Part shown: piece after piece, positions 9,978 through 20,677 of the stretch
How positions within the stretch are numbered: the stretch's first letter is position 1
Layout of the letters: every line of letters starts with the position of its first letter
NCBI GenBank assembly: GCA_029860075.1
Contig: JAOUBX010000012.1
Location: forward strand, 3,654 to 67,653
Direction of reading: 5' to 3'
Source: Deltaproteobacteria bacterium
GTDB lineage: Bacteria; Desulfobacterota; JADFVX01
Length of the DNA: 64,000 nucleotides
Translations under genes and position numbers: made by a program
Notes under the pieces: model-generated
Database searches by the model: none
What the model saw: the letters and a program-made list of their open reading frames with translations, nothing else
What the model was told of the DNA's origin: nothing

Positions 9978-10667
9978 CTAAATATCTTTGCATTTAATAG
10001 CAAAGTCAACATGATAGTGATCGTCATGGCGCACCCAGGATTTTTTCTTTGGAATGGTAATGTTTTTCCTCATGTATTCTCCGTATTTGGTCTTATAAAG
10101 CAGGGATTGCAGATGAGGATCAAATATTACTCTCTCGATGTCAATGCCATACTTTTTCGCCGTTTTATGCAAAGCAACAATGTGAGCCCCCATACTTTCA
10201 AAGTCAATGGTGTACTCTTTATAAATTCCCTTCCTGCTAAATTCAATGTTGTAACCCCATTTATTAAAGAGATGGGTTGGTAAGTAAAGAGACTCGCCCT
10301 TCCTGTTTGTGACGGGAACAATGAAGTCCACTGACAGACCATTTTGATGGGTTTTATGGGGCTTAAAAGGGCCGCCTTCCTTAAAACCGGTTTCAGCATA
10401 TTTAAAGACTTTAGAGGGCTCTTCCTTTTCAAGCATGCCGTAGCTTTCTGTGACAACATCCCTGACGGTACTGTGGACGTAGGTTCTGCCTGATAAATTG
10501 GCAAGAATGCTGTAGGAAATGTAATTATTACCCCCCGAGGGGAGTTTGACGCCTTTTTCCAGTCTGCCCTTTGAAGTGGTTCCGTAACAGATGCTCTTTT
10601 CTTCAGTCCAGGCAGTTATGGGTGAGATGGAAAGGAAAATGATCAGTATAAATGTTGTTTTAATCAT
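9978..10667 (-). CDS. Penicillin-insensitive murein endopeptidase-like (MepA / peptidase M74-like)
   Basis: Signal peptide (start chosen at MIKTTFILIIF). The C-terminal HDDHYHVDF metal-binding block resembles MepA. The family assignment comes from memory of motifs only. Confidence 0.5.
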   Translation of the reverse strand: MIKTTFILIIFLSISPITAWTEEKSICYGTTSKGRLEKGVKLPSGGNNYISYSILANLSGRTYVHSTVRDVVTESYGMLEKEEPSKVFKYAETGFKEGGPFKPHKTHQNGLSVDFIVPVTNRKGESLYLPTHLFNKWGYNIEFSRKGIYKEYTIDFESMGAHIVALHKTAKKYGIDIERVIFDPHLQSLLYKTKYGEYMRKNITIPKKKSWVRHDDHYHVDFAIKCKDI

Positions 10668-10699
10668 TTCTATTATTTCTCTATCAGTGCATGGGAAGA

Positions 10700-13039
10700 T
10701 CAGGATGCAGTCTGAGCGCAGGAATGGATTGCATAAATGAGGTCTTTCTTTTTTATCGGTTTGGACAGGTGGCTTGTGCAACCTGCATTAATACACTTTT
10801 CTACTTCCTCTTTTAAAGCGTGTGCCGTGAAGGCTATAACAGGCGTTTCTTCTTTATCATTTCTTTTTTCCCATCCCCTGATGGCCCTTGTCGCCGAATA
10901 ACCATCCATAACGGGCATCTGCATATCCATGAGGACAAGGTCATATTCATTGCTAACAAAAAGTTCAATGGCTTCTTCGCCGTTTTTAGCCATATCGATG
11001 GTGTGCGGCGTATCTTTCAGAAAGGCCTCTACCAGCAGACGGTTGTCTTCCGCGTCTTCTGCCAGGAGGATTTTAAGCGGCCCTTCTTTAGGCCAGGGTA
11101 AAAAAGTTTGCCTTTTGTCACTCTCTTCTTTGGAACCGATTTTCATGGCTATCGTGAAATAGAATGTGCTTCCTTCTCCCTCTTTACTCTCAACAGACAA
11201 CTTGCCTCCCATCAAGTGAACAAGCTTTCTTGAAATGGAAAGCCCGAGACCCGTTCCGCCATGGGTACGTGTTGTTGAAGAATCTCCCTGCACAAACTCT
11301 TCAAATACTTTCTCTTTATTTTTTTCAGAGATGCCAATGCCCGTATCACTGACGGAAATAAGCAATTGACATGATTCATTTGGCCGGGGCGGTTCAAGAC
11401 ACCCGACGGAGACCATTACTCTGCCCGTGTCTGTGAATTTAATGGCATTACCGATAAGATTGACTAATATTTGTCTAAGGCGAATGGGGTCACCCAGCAG
11501 ATAGCCCGGTACGTCGTGAGAAATCTCTTTTTTCAGTTCGATCCCTTTTTGGGCCGTCTTGATATTAAATATGGAAAAGATTTTTTCAATTTCTCCGGGC
11601 AGAGAGAAATTAATCTCTTCCAGTTCAATAAGCCCTGCCTCTACTTTGGAAAGATCGAGGATATCATCAATAATCCTTATGAGCGAATCTCCGGATTTTG
11701 TGAGACGCGCCACGTATTCCTTTTGCTCCTTGCTCAGGGCGGTTTCCGAAAGGAGTTCCGCCATTCCGATAATGCTGCTCATGGGTGTCCTTATCTCATG
11801 GCTCATATTAGCGAGAAACTCGCTCTTGGCCCTGTTTGCATCTTCGGCCATTTCCTTCGATTTTTTCAGCATCCTGGCCGACTCATTACGATCCGTTATA
11901 TCGACAAAAGTAACGACGGAACCGATGACCCTGCCTTTATGCTCAAGCGGGTAAGACCAGTATTCCGCTTCGAAGCTGCTCCCGTCTTTACGCCAGATCA
12001 CTTCATCGTCGACGTGTGTGCCGCGGCCCTTGTGAAATGCCTCGTATATCCTGCATTCCTTTTCGGGATACTTTGAACCGTCAGGGTGGCTATGATGAAT
12101 AAGGTTATGCATGTTTTTTCCCAAAAGACTTTCGGCGCTGTCATAACCGAGGAGTTTAATGCATGATTTGTTTGCAAAGGTACAATTCCCCTTGAGATTG
12201 AGGCCGTAGATCGCTTCTGCTGCGGAATTTATAAGCAGGTTAACATGGTTTTCACTTTCTGTTAAGGTTTCCAGGAGATAATCGAGGTCGGCTTTTCTAA
12301 AATCAATTCTTTTTGTGGAGGTCATGTCGGCAGGACTTAGCCGCCTTGCAATAGTAACGGCCCTGCTTACAGGCTTTCCGATTTTTCTGTCTACCAGTAA
12401 AATGAGAAGAAGAACAAATAGAGAGGCAAAGAGCAGCGCCGTTGCAAAGACCCTTTGTTCCACTTTTATAATTTCATTTTGCAGATTTTCTATTTTCAGC
12501 TTTTCAATGGTCATCAGCCGTTTAATCAGCCTGGCCAGCGATTCATGAAGTGAAATATCTCCTTTCCTGATTAATTTATCGGCAGCCATGTGGGCATCTT
12601 TATCTGTTTTCTTGAAGAGGTGGATTGCCTGCCGGTATTTTTTTCCAAGGAGGTGATGGTTTTCCCTGACTTTTATGAGCAGTTTATTCAATTCATTATC
12701 TTTATGTTCAGCCAATATGGATTCGAGATCATTGAGCCCGGAAAGGAACTGTCGCTCAATAGCATAAAAATTGCTCAAATGACGGTAGTAAAGTTGTTCA
12801 TCCTGCCCCCTTAAAAGAATATCTTTCCATGCCTGAACCTGTTTGTCGAAGAGATCTTCCGTCTCTTCCGCCAAATGGATCTGGGCATGCATTTTTTCAG
12901 TAAGAATCACCTGTTTCTCCATCCCTTTTCTGGAAAGAAGTGATATATAGGCGCCCACAGCCAGCATTACCGATATTGCAGATATGAGGACAAGGGAGAG
13001 AAGGCTTCTGATTCCGGGTTTAATGAGAATGGGTTTCAT
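10700..13039 (-). CDS. Hybrid sensor histidine kinase/response regulator (TM sensor, PAS, HisKA, HATPase_c, REC)
   Basis: Two TM segments flank a ~170-aa sensor domain. It has a PAS block, an H-box (SHEIRTPM), N/G1/G2 ATPase boxes (GGTGLGLSI) and a C-terminal receiver domain (LLAEDAEDN, DLVLMDMQMP, KP). Confidence 0.85.
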   Translation of the reverse strand: MKPILIKPGIRSLLSLVLISAISVMLAVGAYISLLSRKGMEKQVILTEKMHAQIHLAEETEDLFDKQVQAWKDILLRGQDEQLYYRHLSNFYAIERQFLSGLNDLESILAEHKDNELNKLLIKVRENHHLLGKKYRQAIHLFKKTDKDAHMAADKLIRKGDISLHESLARLIKRLMTIEKLKIENLQNEIIKVEQRVFATALLFASLFVLLLILLVDRKIGKPVSRAVTIARRLSPADMTSTKRIDFRKADLDYLLETLTESENHVNLLINSAAEAIYGLNLKGNCTFANKSCIKLLGYDSAESLLGKNMHNLIHHSHPDGSKYPEKECRIYEAFHKGRGTHVDDEVIWRKDGSSFEAEYWSYPLEHKGRVIGSVVTFVDITDRNESARMLKKSKEMAEDANRAKSEFLANMSHEIRTPMSSIIGMAELLSETALSKEQKEYVARLTKSGDSLIRIIDDILDLSKVEAGLIELEEINFSLPGEIEKIFSIFNIKTAQKGIELKKEISHDVPGYLLGDPIRLRQILVNLIGNAIKFTDTGRVMVSVGCLEPPRPNESCQLLISVSDTGIGISEKNKEKVFEEFVQGDSSTTRTHGGTGLGLSISRKLVHLMGGKLSVESKEGEGSTFYFTIAMKIGSKEESDKRQTFLPWPKEGPLKILLAEDAEDNRLLVEAFLKDTPHTIDMAKNGEEAIELFVSNEYDLVLMDMQMPVMDGYSATRAIRGWEKRNDKEETPVIAFTAHALKEEVEKCINAGCTSHLSKPIKKKDLIYAIHSCAQTAS

Positions 13040-13054
13040 TATTGTAAATGTTAT

Positions 13055-13424
13055 CTATTGTTTGACGGGAGTGAATAACTGTTCACCATTTATACGAAAA
13101 TTGCGGATCAGCTTACGGCCTTTTTCAGAGCTTATAAAATCAATAAATGCGGCCGCCCCTTCGGTGTTGACCGAGGGGTGTTTATTTGGGTTGACGGCAA
13201 TGATGTTATAATAATTAATGAGCTTTATACCAGGGGCCATAAGGATCAATACCTGCCGCTTTCCACAAGCTTTTCTCCCTCTCATAGGTACCCGAATCAT
13301 CAGGCCGGGAGAGAAAGAGCGCTTCTTTTGAGGCAATGTTTTTTAAGGCTTTCAGCACATCTTTCTCTTTACTTATGCCTGCCGGGTCATGGGCCGGACC
13401 TGCCATGACAAAATCATTATACAT
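13055..13424 (-). pseudogene. Frameshifted, 5'-truncated remnant of a TupA/WtpA-like tungstate/molybdate ABC substrate-binding protein gene
   Basis: Two adjacent ORFs in different frames (13424-13215 and 13336-13055) together match the C-terminal two-thirds of TupA-like proteins (YNDFVMAGPAHDPAGI, FLSRPDDSGT, YNIIAVNPNKHP). There is no signal peptide or N-terminal ~100 aa upstream. Confidence 0.55.
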
Positions 13425-13634
13425 GGTTGTGTGGCGTTTCAGGCCGAATCCCTCATTAATTACCCCTGTTAATTTGATGATTTATTGGAAATAGAGGTTC
13501 TCAGGTCAGGGGAGATGAGTCTGTCATGTCAATATAAGTATACAGGAGAAAAGATGGATTTCAAATTGACTTGACTTTTAAAACGTTGTCATGTCTGCTC
13601 TCTTTTCCGGTTTGAGCAACAGCCCGCCTTAAAT

Positions 13635-13663
13635 TTGACACCCATTTTAGGAAGGTGTAAACT
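13635..13663 (+). promoter_or_regulatory. Sigma70-like promoter upstream of the V-ATPase operon (TTGACA, 17-nt spacer, TAAACT)
   Basis: Perfect -35 TTGACA at 13635-13640, a 17-nt spacer, and a -10-like TAAACT at 13658-13663. It is about 30 nt upstream of atpE. Confidence 0.35.
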
Positions 13664-13692
13664 CCAACTGTAAGTATTATAACCTTTTTCAT

Positions 13693-14352
13693 GTGGAAAC
13701 TATGGCCGCACATTCGGATAATAATGAGGTGAGTCTCGGCAAGCTTATCAGCAGAATTAAAAGCGAAGGGATAGAGGAAGCTTCCAAAAAAGCGGAAGAT
13801 ATCATCACCGGGGCAAAAGCGGATGCCGCAAGGATTGTCGATGAAGCTGAAAGAAAGGCCCTTCATATCGTTACAAATGCCCGTAAAGAAGCTGAAGAGA
13901 GCAGTCAGCGAGGAATAGACTCACTCAAACTTGCCGCACGGGATAGCGCCATCGCCTTAAAACGATCTATTGAGGAAACCTTCCGCTCTGTTATTCTTAA
14001 GGACTGTAATGAAGCCCTTACCGGCGAGGCGCTTCAATCACTTATCGGAAAGATAGCAGAAGCATGGCACAAGGGAGATAAGGAGAGGGAAACCCTTGAG
14101 ATTATTATCAGTGAAAAAGACCGGAAGGGATTGTCGGACAGCTTTATAAAAAAACTCGGAAAAGCGCTTGAAAGGGGAGTAGAAGTAAAAGGCCGTTCCG
14201 GCATGAAGGGCGGTTTTCGCGCGGGACTGAAGGGGGGTCATATGTATTACGATTTCAGCGATGAGGCTGTTGCCGAACTGCTTTTAAACAATCTCTTTCC
14301 CGAACTTGCGGCCATTCTCGATGAAAGGGGCAAAAAGGAGGAAGATAAGTGA
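13693..14352 (+). CDS. atpE: V-type ATP synthase subunit E
   Basis: 219 aa. It is an Ala/Glu/Lys-rich long helical protein with the pattern typical of V/A-ATPase E (peripheral stalk). It is the first gene of the V-ATPase cluster. Confidence 0.7.
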   Translation: METMAAHSDNNEVSLGKLISRIKSEGIEEASKKAEDIITGAKADAARIVDEAERKALHIVTNARKEAEESSQRGIDSLKLAARDSAIALKRSIEETFRSVILKDCNEALTGEALQSLIGKIAEAWHKGDKERETLEIIISEKDRKGLSDSFIKKLGKALERGVEVKGRSGMKGGFRAGLKGGHMYYDFSDEAVAELLLNNLFPELAAILDERGKKEEDK

Positions 14353-14927
14353 AAAGCAGTTATTACTACTTTGTCGCTTCACTGCCCCACCTTTCTTTTT
14401 CTCAAACAAAGCCGATTTCCTATGAACATTTCCTCTCCCTTTGCGCTTCATTTCTTCATGCTAATGATTTTGACATTATAAAAAGCATTTCCCTTGCCGC
14501 CGCCGGAGGTAAGGCTGACTCTCTTGATTCCATGAAAAAATGGACGGCCTGGGACAGGGCGCTTCGATGGGAACTTGGACGCTTGAGGGCTGCCAAATTG
14601 GACCGTCAAATTGCGGCGCATGAGAATGCGGACAATAGTATTGCTTCCCATGCTGCAATGGTGGCAAAGGAGATTTTTGCCCTTTCCGCGCCCCTCGATG
14701 CCGATGAACAAATAGATAGAGCGAGATGGGAATATGTGGAACTTCTCGAATTTGGCCGTTACTTTGATATTGAGTGGCTCGCCCTTTATAGTCTCAAGCT
14801 TCACATACTGGAAAGGCGTGAGACCTTTGATCAAAAAGCAGGATTGCAGCGTCTTCATGCCATAATGGAGGGCGCGAGAAATAACTATGACGCAAAAGGA
14901 GACCCTGTGGAGGCAGATCTTGGCTAG
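14349..14927 (+). CDS. DUF2764-like protein of Bacteroidetes-type V-ATPase operons
   Basis: 192-aa ORF between atpE and atpA. Its start overlaps the atpE stop. Its position matches the conserved uncharacterised gene of 7-gene V-ATPase operons. This is recalled from memory, not verified. Confidence 0.45.
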   Translation: MKSSYYYFVASLPHLSFSQTKPISYEHFLSLCASFLHANDFDIIKSISLAAAGGKADSLDSMKKWTAWDRALRWELGRLRAAKLDRQIAAHENADNSIASHAAMVAKEIFALSAPLDADEQIDRARWEYVELLEFGRYFDIEWLALYSLKLHILERRETFDQKAGLQRLHAIMEGARNNYDAKGDPVEADLG

Positions 14928-16791
14928 GGTGGGATCTATTACAGGTGTTAACGGTAACATGGTTACCGTCAGGGTTGATGGCAGGGTCCGCCAGCATGAA
15001 GTTGCCCATGTTCATCTCGGTGAGAGGCGGCTAAAATCGGAAGTGGTGCGTATTCGGGGTGATATAGCCGATTTGCAGCTCTTTGAAAATTCACGGGGCC
15101 TCAGGGTGGGAGGAGGGGTTGAATTTACGGGAGAACTTCTCTCCGTCGAGCTTGGCCCCGGTTTGCTGGGCAGTGTATTTGACGGTCTCCAGACGCCGCT
15201 TAAGGTCATGGCCGGGAGTTTCGGCCACTTTCTTGAAGGGGGAGTAAGTATCCCGTCGCTTTCGAGGGATAGAAAATGGCAGTTTTCGCCTCTTGTCAAG
15301 ACAGGCGACAGCGTGGAAGCAGGCCATAGGATAGGCTTTGTCAGGGAGGGGAAGTTCGATCATCACATCATGGTCCCCTTTCATCGGGTTGGAACTTTTA
15401 CCGTCAGCGATATTGTTGAGTCCGGTGAGTACCTTATCGATGATAAAGTGGCATGCATCGAGGGAAATGATGGTGAAGAACATATTACCCTCTCTTTCCG
15501 GTGGCCCGTCAAGCGGCCCGTTACGGCCTATGAAGAGCGTCTTGCGGCAAAGGAAAATCTGCTTACCAGAATTCGCATTATCGATACTCTCTTTCCTGTG
15601 GGCAGGGGAGGGACTTACTGCATACCGGGGCCTTTCGGCGCCGGTAAAACGGTGCTCCAGCAGATCACCAGCCGCAATGCCATGGTAGACGTCGTCATCA
15701 TTGCCGCCTGCGGTGAGAGGGCCGGTGAGGTGGTGGAGACGATCCGCCACTTTCCCGAAATCAAGGACTCCTTTACAGGCCGGTACCTCATGGAGAGGAC
15801 CATCATCATCTGCAATACGAGCTCCATGCCTGTAGCGGCCAGGGAGTCTTCCGTCTATACGGCCGTTACCCTGGCCGAGTATTACCGTCAGATGGGGCTA
15901 AACGTGCTTCTTCTTGCCGATTCAACATCACGCTGGGCCCAGGCCATGCGTGAGCGTTCAGGCAGGCTGGAAGAGATTCCCGGTGAAGAGGCTTTTCCCG
16001 CCTATCTCGAATCGGTTATTGCCGATTTTTATGAACGGGCGGGAACAGTAAGGTTAAAAGACGGTTCCACAGGCTCCGTTACTATTGGCGGAACGATCAG
16101 TCCTTCGGGAGGCTTTTTTGAAGAACCTGTTACGCAGGCGACACTCAAGGTGGTGGGCGCCTTTCACGGATTATCGAGGGAACGCTCCGACGCCAGGCGT
16201 TATCCTGCCATCGAACCACTCCAGAGCTGGTCGCGCTACAGTGGGATCATCAGCGCTGAAGAGCGGGAATGGATACTTGCTTTTTTAAGAAAGGCCGATG
16301 AAATAGAGCAGATGATGAAGGTCGTCGGTGAAGAGGGAACCTCCCTCGATGATTACGTAATCTATATGAAAGGTGAACTTTTTGATGGCGTCTATTTGCA
16401 GCAGAATGCCTTTCATGAAATCGATTCGGCCACGCCGGAAGAGAGACAGGTTTATCTCTTTAACGTCGTTCGTGAAGTTATGGAAACGCCCTTTGCCGTT
16501 ACCCGCAAGGATGACGCAAAAAATATCTTTTTTTCGCTGAGGCAGCTTTTTCTCGATCTCAACTTTACCGTCTGGGATTCACCTGAATTTATGTCTCTCG
16601 AGGAAAAGATCATAACCCTTATTAATGAGAATAAGGGTGAGAGCGCGGCTGCGCCGGTTCCGCAAATAGAAGAGGCCTTTGTCGAAACGCGGGCAAATTC
16701 TAAACTGTGGCGAGGCAGGAGACTCAAGAGACTCCGTCAGGAAGAAGATGGCTTCAGGGAGAGCGATGAAGAAGATCTACAGCAGGATTAG
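14887..16791 (+). CDS. atpA: V-type ATP synthase catalytic subunit A
   Basis: Walker A GPFGAGKT. Conserved blocks include [21 protein letters not shown] and [10 protein letters not shown] better-supported alternative start is the TTG at 14920, which has GGAGG 6 nt upstream. The basic C-terminal tail overlaps the atpB start by about 26 nt. Confidence 0.9.
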   Translation: MTQKETLWRQILARVGSITGVNGNMVTVRVDGRVRQHEVAHVHLGERRLKSEVVRIRGDIADLQLFENSRGLRVGGGVEFTGELLSVELGPGLLGSVFDGLQTPLKVMAGSFGHFLEGGVSIPSLSRDRKWQFSPLVKTGDSVEAGHRIGFVREGKFDHHIMVPFHRVGTFTVSDIVESGEYLIDDKVACIEGNDGEEHITLSFRWPVKRPVTAYEERLAAKENLLTRIRIIDTLFPVGRGGTYCIPGPFGAGKTVLQQITSRNAMVDVVIIAACGERAGEVVETIRHFPEIKDSFTGRYLMERTIIICNTSSMPVAARESSVYTAVTLAEYYRQMGLNVLLLADSTSRWAQAMRERSGRLEEIPGEEAFPAYLESVIADFYERAGTVRLKDGSTGSVTIGGTISPSGGFFEEPVTQATLKVVGAFHGLSRERSDARRYPAIEPLQSWSRYSGIISAEEREWILAFLRKADEIEQMMKVVGEEGTSLDDYVIYMKGELFDGVYLQQNAFHEIDSATPEERQVYLFNVVREVMETPFAVTRKDDAKNIFFSLRQLFLDLNFTVWDSPEFMSLEEKIITLINENKGESAAAPVPQIEEAFVETRANSKLWRGRRLKRLRQEEDGFRESDEEDLQQD

Positions 16792-18067
16792 CGATATTTC
16801 AGGGAATGTCGTTACCGTAAAGGCAGGTCATGTGGGTAACGGTGAACTGGCGCTCATATCATCGGCAGGGGGGAAATCTTTGGCCGAGGTAATACGTCTT
16901 CATGGGGAAAAAGTCTATCTCCAGGTATTCAGCGGCGGTAGCGGTATTTCGACAGATGACGAGGTACGCTTTCTGGGACGGCGTATGGAAGTGTCCTTTT
17001 CTGATAATCTTCTTGGCCGCATCTTTAACGGCCGGGGCGAGCCCCGTGACAAAGGACCAAAGCTTACTGAATCAATGACCGAAACGGGAGGCCCTGCCGT
17101 CAATCCCGCCGTCAGGGTCGTTCCATCGAAAATGATCGATACGGGCATTCCCATGATCGACCTTTTTAACTCCCTTGTCGAGTCGCAGAAAATCTCCATT
17201 TTTACCACAGCGGGAGAACCCTACAACGAACTTATGGCAAGAATTGCCGTTCAGTCCGGTGTCGATGTCATCATTCTCGGCGGAATGGGACTTCGATTCG
17301 ACGACTATGTATTCTTCAGGGATACTTTCAGGGAAAAGGGCCTGTTGCCGAGGTCGGTCCTTTTTATCCATACGGCCTCCGATCCCGTCGTGGAATGTAC
17401 CATGGTGGCCGACCTTTCTTTGGCCGTTGCCGAGAAATTTGCCCTTCAGGGGAAGCGGGCGCTTGTACTCTTAACGGACATGACCAACTTTTGCGACGCC
17501 CTCAAGGAAATCGCCATCACCATGGAGCAGGTCCCTTCCAACAGGGGCTATCCCGGTGATCTTTACAGCCAGCTCGCATCGAGGTATGAAAAGGCCGTTG
17601 ACTTTGAAGAGGCGGGTTCGGTAACGGTCCTGTCGGTAACGACTATGCCGGGAAATGACGTGACTCACCCCGTGCCGGATAATACGGGATATATTACGGA
17701 AGGGCAGTATTATCTCGACAAGGGATGGATTGAACCCTTCGGTTCACTGAGCCGGCTTAAACAGTTTGTTAACGGCAAGACACGGGAAGACCACCGGGCC
17801 CTCATGGACGGTATGATTCAGCTCTATGCAGACTACCGGGAAACGCTGGAAAAAAGGGCCATGGGTTTTAATATGACCCGGTGGGACAAAAAACTTTTAG
17901 CTTACGGAAAGCGCTTCGAAGAAGGGATGATGGATATTTCCTTAAACCTTTCTCTTCATGAGGCTTTAGACAGGGGCTGGCAAATGCTGGCCCATCATTT
18001 TACACCTGAAGAGACGGGATTAAGAACGGAGCTGATTAAGAAGTTCTGGCCTGAGGGAGTCAGTTAG
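16766..18067 (+). CDS. atpB: V-type ATP synthase subunit B
   Basis: The non-catalytic B-subunit pattern is present (no canonical P-loop) across a conserved nucleotide-binding fold. The start is set at MKKIYSRI after the GGGAGAG RBS. The longer ORF from 16679 is probably a 5' over-extension. Confidence 0.9.
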   Translation: MKKIYSRISDISGNVVTVKAGHVGNGELALISSAGGKSLAEVIRLHGEKVYLQVFSGGSGISTDDEVRFLGRRMEVSFSDNLLGRIFNGRGEPRDKGPKLTESMTETGGPAVNPAVRVVPSKMIDTGIPMIDLFNSLVESQKISIFTTAGEPYNELMARIAVQSGVDVIILGGMGLRFDDYVFFRDTFREKGLLPRSVLFIHTASDPVVECTMVADLSLAVAEKFALQGKRALVLLTDMTNFCDALKEIAITMEQVPSNRGYPGDLYSQLASRYEKAVDFEEAGSVTVLSVTTMPGNDVTHPVPDNTGYITEGQYYLDKGWIEPFGSLSRLKQFVNGKTREDHRALMDGMIQLYADYRETLEKRAMGFNMTRWDKKLLAYGKRFEEGMMDISLNLSLHEALDRGWQMLAHHFTPEETGLRTELIKKFWPEGVS

Positions 18068-18177
18068 CAGTCTTCCTTTGCAATGATAAGGGGCTTGACC
18101 TTTTCTTTCCTTATCGCCATTATAAACGGGCCGGAAGTGAAGGGGGGCTGTCTTTTTAATAGAGCGTTTTTATTTTT

Positions 18178-19794
18178 TTGAGGTCAACATTGTATCAGAA
18201 TAAGGGTCGGGAAAATGCCGCAAAGTATAATTTTATCTTTATTTCCGGCTTATGCCTTCTTTTTTTTATAACAAGGTTCTATAAACTCCATGGGCTCCCC
18301 ATATTTACAGATGAGTCGACTTACATCCGCTGGGCACAAATCATTGCAGAAGAGCCATCGCAGTTTCTGCTTTCCTTGAACATAGATGGGAAACAGCCCC
18401 TTTTTCACTGGATTAATGCCCTCACAGTGAAGCTTTTTAATAATCCTCTTACATCGATCCGGGTTATCTCTGTTTTTTCAGGATTTTTGTCAGCCCTTGC
18501 CCTTTATCATATTGCGCGCCTGCTTCATTCCAATGGCGCCGGCATATTGGCCCTTGCCCTCTATATTTTTACACCATACATGCTGATACATGATCGCATA
18601 GGCATAGCGGCTTCACTGCTTTCCCTGTTTATAACTTACACATTGCTAATATGCGTTATAATAAGCCGCCGGGGTGAAGGGAGCGGGAAATGGTTTCTCT
18701 TGCTCGGTCTCTTTCTAACGGCTGCCTTTCTTACAAAGACAACAGCCCTGCTCTATTTTTTGCTCCTGCCTGCCGTTATTTTTATTCTCGGCGGTACAAG
18801 AGGGGTCAAAAATAATTTATATTACTTCATGATTACTTATCTTGTTGCCTTTCTCATTATTGCGGTTATCAATTTGGGGGGATCATCGCCCCATGAAAGA
18901 AACCCTCTCTTTTATCAAAAGAAGTACTTTTTAACTGCCCGGGACCTCCTTTCTTTTCCACTTCATCTTTGGTGGAAAAATGCCGCTGTGCTGGTTAATT
19001 ATCTCTACTCCTACCTGACGCCGTTCATATTTTGGGTCGTGGCTTTTTCCGTTTTTTTTGTCATTAAGTATAAAAAAAGAGACTATATTGCCCTTTTTCT
19101 CTGGTTTCTCTTTCCCCTAATGGTTTTAATGCTTATAGGGCAGATCCTCTTTTCGCGCTATATTGTTTTTGCCATCCCTTCCGCCCTGGTTATTGCATCC
19201 ATTTCGATGCTTTATCTGCGGGAAAAGTTATTTGTTATTTTCCATAAGTTTCCTTTCAGGGGCTTATGGGCAAATGGGGTGATATCATTGTTTTTTATTC
19301 CCATGCTCATACTTGATTATGGTGTTATTATGAATCCCGTCAAGGCTGCCTTTATCCCGCAGGATCACTTCCAGTATGTAAGCGGCTGGCCTTCCGGTTA
19401 TGGAATCAGTGAGGCCGCACAATACCTGAAGGAAAAAGCAAAAGAGCAGCCCATAACGCTTTTTTTAACGACTATGTGGGGACATCCCAATGATTCGCTC
19501 ATCATCAATTTGAGAAATGAGCGGAACATAAGAATTTACGAAGCACATTGGTGGTATAAGGCTCCCATCGTCCCCGGGAATGTTGGCTATGCCCAAATGG
19601 GAAAGTCGAAATATTTAAAAGTGGTTGAAGGTACCCTTGATTTTAGTGAATTGAAGGAAACCTATTTTGCTACTGATTCCGAGAAATCACCGGAGATGGA
19701 ATTTCTGGGACAAAATAGAAACTTTTATAAGGTTGCATCCTTTTTCAAGCCCGGGAAAAAATATTCCGTTGATATTTATAAACTCCGTAATTAG
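18178..19794 (+). CDS. GT-C family glycosyltransferase (ArnT/PMT-like, GT83/GT39), polyprenyl-phosphate-sugar dependent
   Basis: About 11 predicted TM helices. The DE motif lies in the first periplasmic loop (LPIFTDESTYIRWAQI), as in ArnT/PMT, and there is a C-terminal soluble domain. The start codon is non-ATG (TTG) and uncertain. Confidence 0.7.
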   Translation: MRSTLYQNKGRENAAKYNFIFISGLCLLFFITRFYKLHGLPIFTDESTYIRWAQIIAEEPSQFLLSLNIDGKQPLFHWINALTVKLFNNPLTSIRVISVFSGFLSALALYHIARLLHSNGAGILALALYIFTPYMLIHDRIGIAASLLSLFITYTLLICVIISRRGEGSGKWFLLLGLFLTAAFLTKTTALLYFLLLPAVIFILGGTRGVKNNLYYFMITYLVAFLIIAVINLGGSSPHERNPLFYQKKYFLTARDLLSFPLHLWWKNAAVLVNYLYSYLTPFIFWVVAFSVFFVIKYKKRDYIALFLWFLFPLMVLMLIGQILFSRYIVFAIPSALVIASISMLYLREKLFVIFHKFPFRGLWANGVISLFFIPMLILDYGVIMNPVKAAFIPQDHFQYVSGWPSGYGISEAAQYLKEKAKEQPITLFLTTMWGHPNDSLIINLRNERNIRIYEAHWWYKAPIVPGNVGYAQMGKSKYLKVVEGTLDFSELKETYFATDSEKSPEMEFLGQNRNFYKVASFFKPGKKYSVDIYKLRN

Positions 19795-19918
19795 TGTTCA
19801 AGCGAAAATAGGGTTACCCCTAAAGTTGAAGGCCTATGCCTCTGAGAAGGTGTCCCCGTTAAATTATCAGACAAAAACCATGCAGGAAAAGGGTAAAAAT
19901 GGAAGGAGCAGAAATTAA

Positions 19919-20677
19919 TTGTTAACCTCTTTTAATAATAACTGGACGCTGGTAATCCCCATGGCAAATGAGGAGAATGACTTTTACCCTTTCATCAATG
20001 AACTGGTTGCTGTCCTTGATTATATGAAAAGCGGCCATGCCTTTCTCGTCATAGATGAAGTTTCCAGGGATAATACGCTGGAACTATGCCGGAAGCTTGC
20101 CGGGGGTGATTCCCGTTTTACCGTCATATGGGCGCCGGAAAACAGGAACATAGTGGATGCCTATTTAAGAGGCTACAGGGAGGCCCTTCTTAATGGGTAT
20201 GACATAATTATTGAAATGGATGCAGGGCGCTCTCATGATCCAAGGGCGCTTCCCATGTTCTTGAGAGTTCTCAACGAAGGAAATGACTGCGCCTTCGGCA
20301 GCCGGTTCATTAACGGCGGTTCCATGGTCGATTCGCCTTTCAAAAGACGGCTGCTGTCATGGGGAGGAACTTTTCTCGCTAATATTTTACTTGGCACGAA
20401 AATGAATGACATGACCTCCGGCTACCAGGGTTTTCACGCTTCAATAGTAAAAGCTTTTATCGATTATCCCTTCAGGTCAAAGGCCCATTTTTACCAGACA
20501 GAACTGAGATATTTATTGAGAAGATCGAAATATATGGAAGTTCCCATTCATTACAAGGCCCCTTCACCACGTGTTTCCAGGCATGCTGTTAGAAATTCTT
20601 TTGCCGCCCTCTTTTACTATTTTGGGAAACGTTGTATCTTTCAAAGTGAATGGATAGAAGGGAGAAGGCAATCATGA
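19919..20677 (+). CDS. GT2 family glycosyltransferase, polyprenyl-phosphate sugar synthase-like (DPM1/ArnC/GtrB-like)
   Basis: N-terminal VIPMANEEN block. It has a DxD-like IIIEMDAGRSHDP block and a GSRF block typical of DPM1-like GT2 enzymes. Confidence 0.75.
   Translation: MLTSFNNNWTLVIPMANEENDFYPFINELVAVLDYMKSGHAFLVIDEVSRDNTLELCRKLAGGDSRFTVIWAPENRNIVDAYLRGYREALLNGYDIIIEMDAGRSHDPRALPMFLRVLNEGNDCAFGSRFINGGSMVDSPFKRRLLSWGGTFLANILLGTKMNDMTSGYQGFHASIVKAFIDYPFRSKAHFYQTELRYLLRRSKYMEVPIHYKAPSPRVSRHAVRNSFAALFYYFGKRCIFQSEWIEGRRQS

Noticed and set aside
11471-12814. Several plus-strand ORFs (up to 201 aa) within the hybrid histidine kinase gene
   Set aside because: They are antisense to a gene with clear H-box, ATPase and receiver motifs. 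They are spurious.
15091-15750. 219-aa minus-strand ORF inside atpA, and other antisense ORFs inside atpA/atpB (15012-15299, 16915-17371)
   Set aside because: They are shadow ORFs opposite a highly conserved ATPase subunit gene. They have no start context and a biased amino-acid composition.
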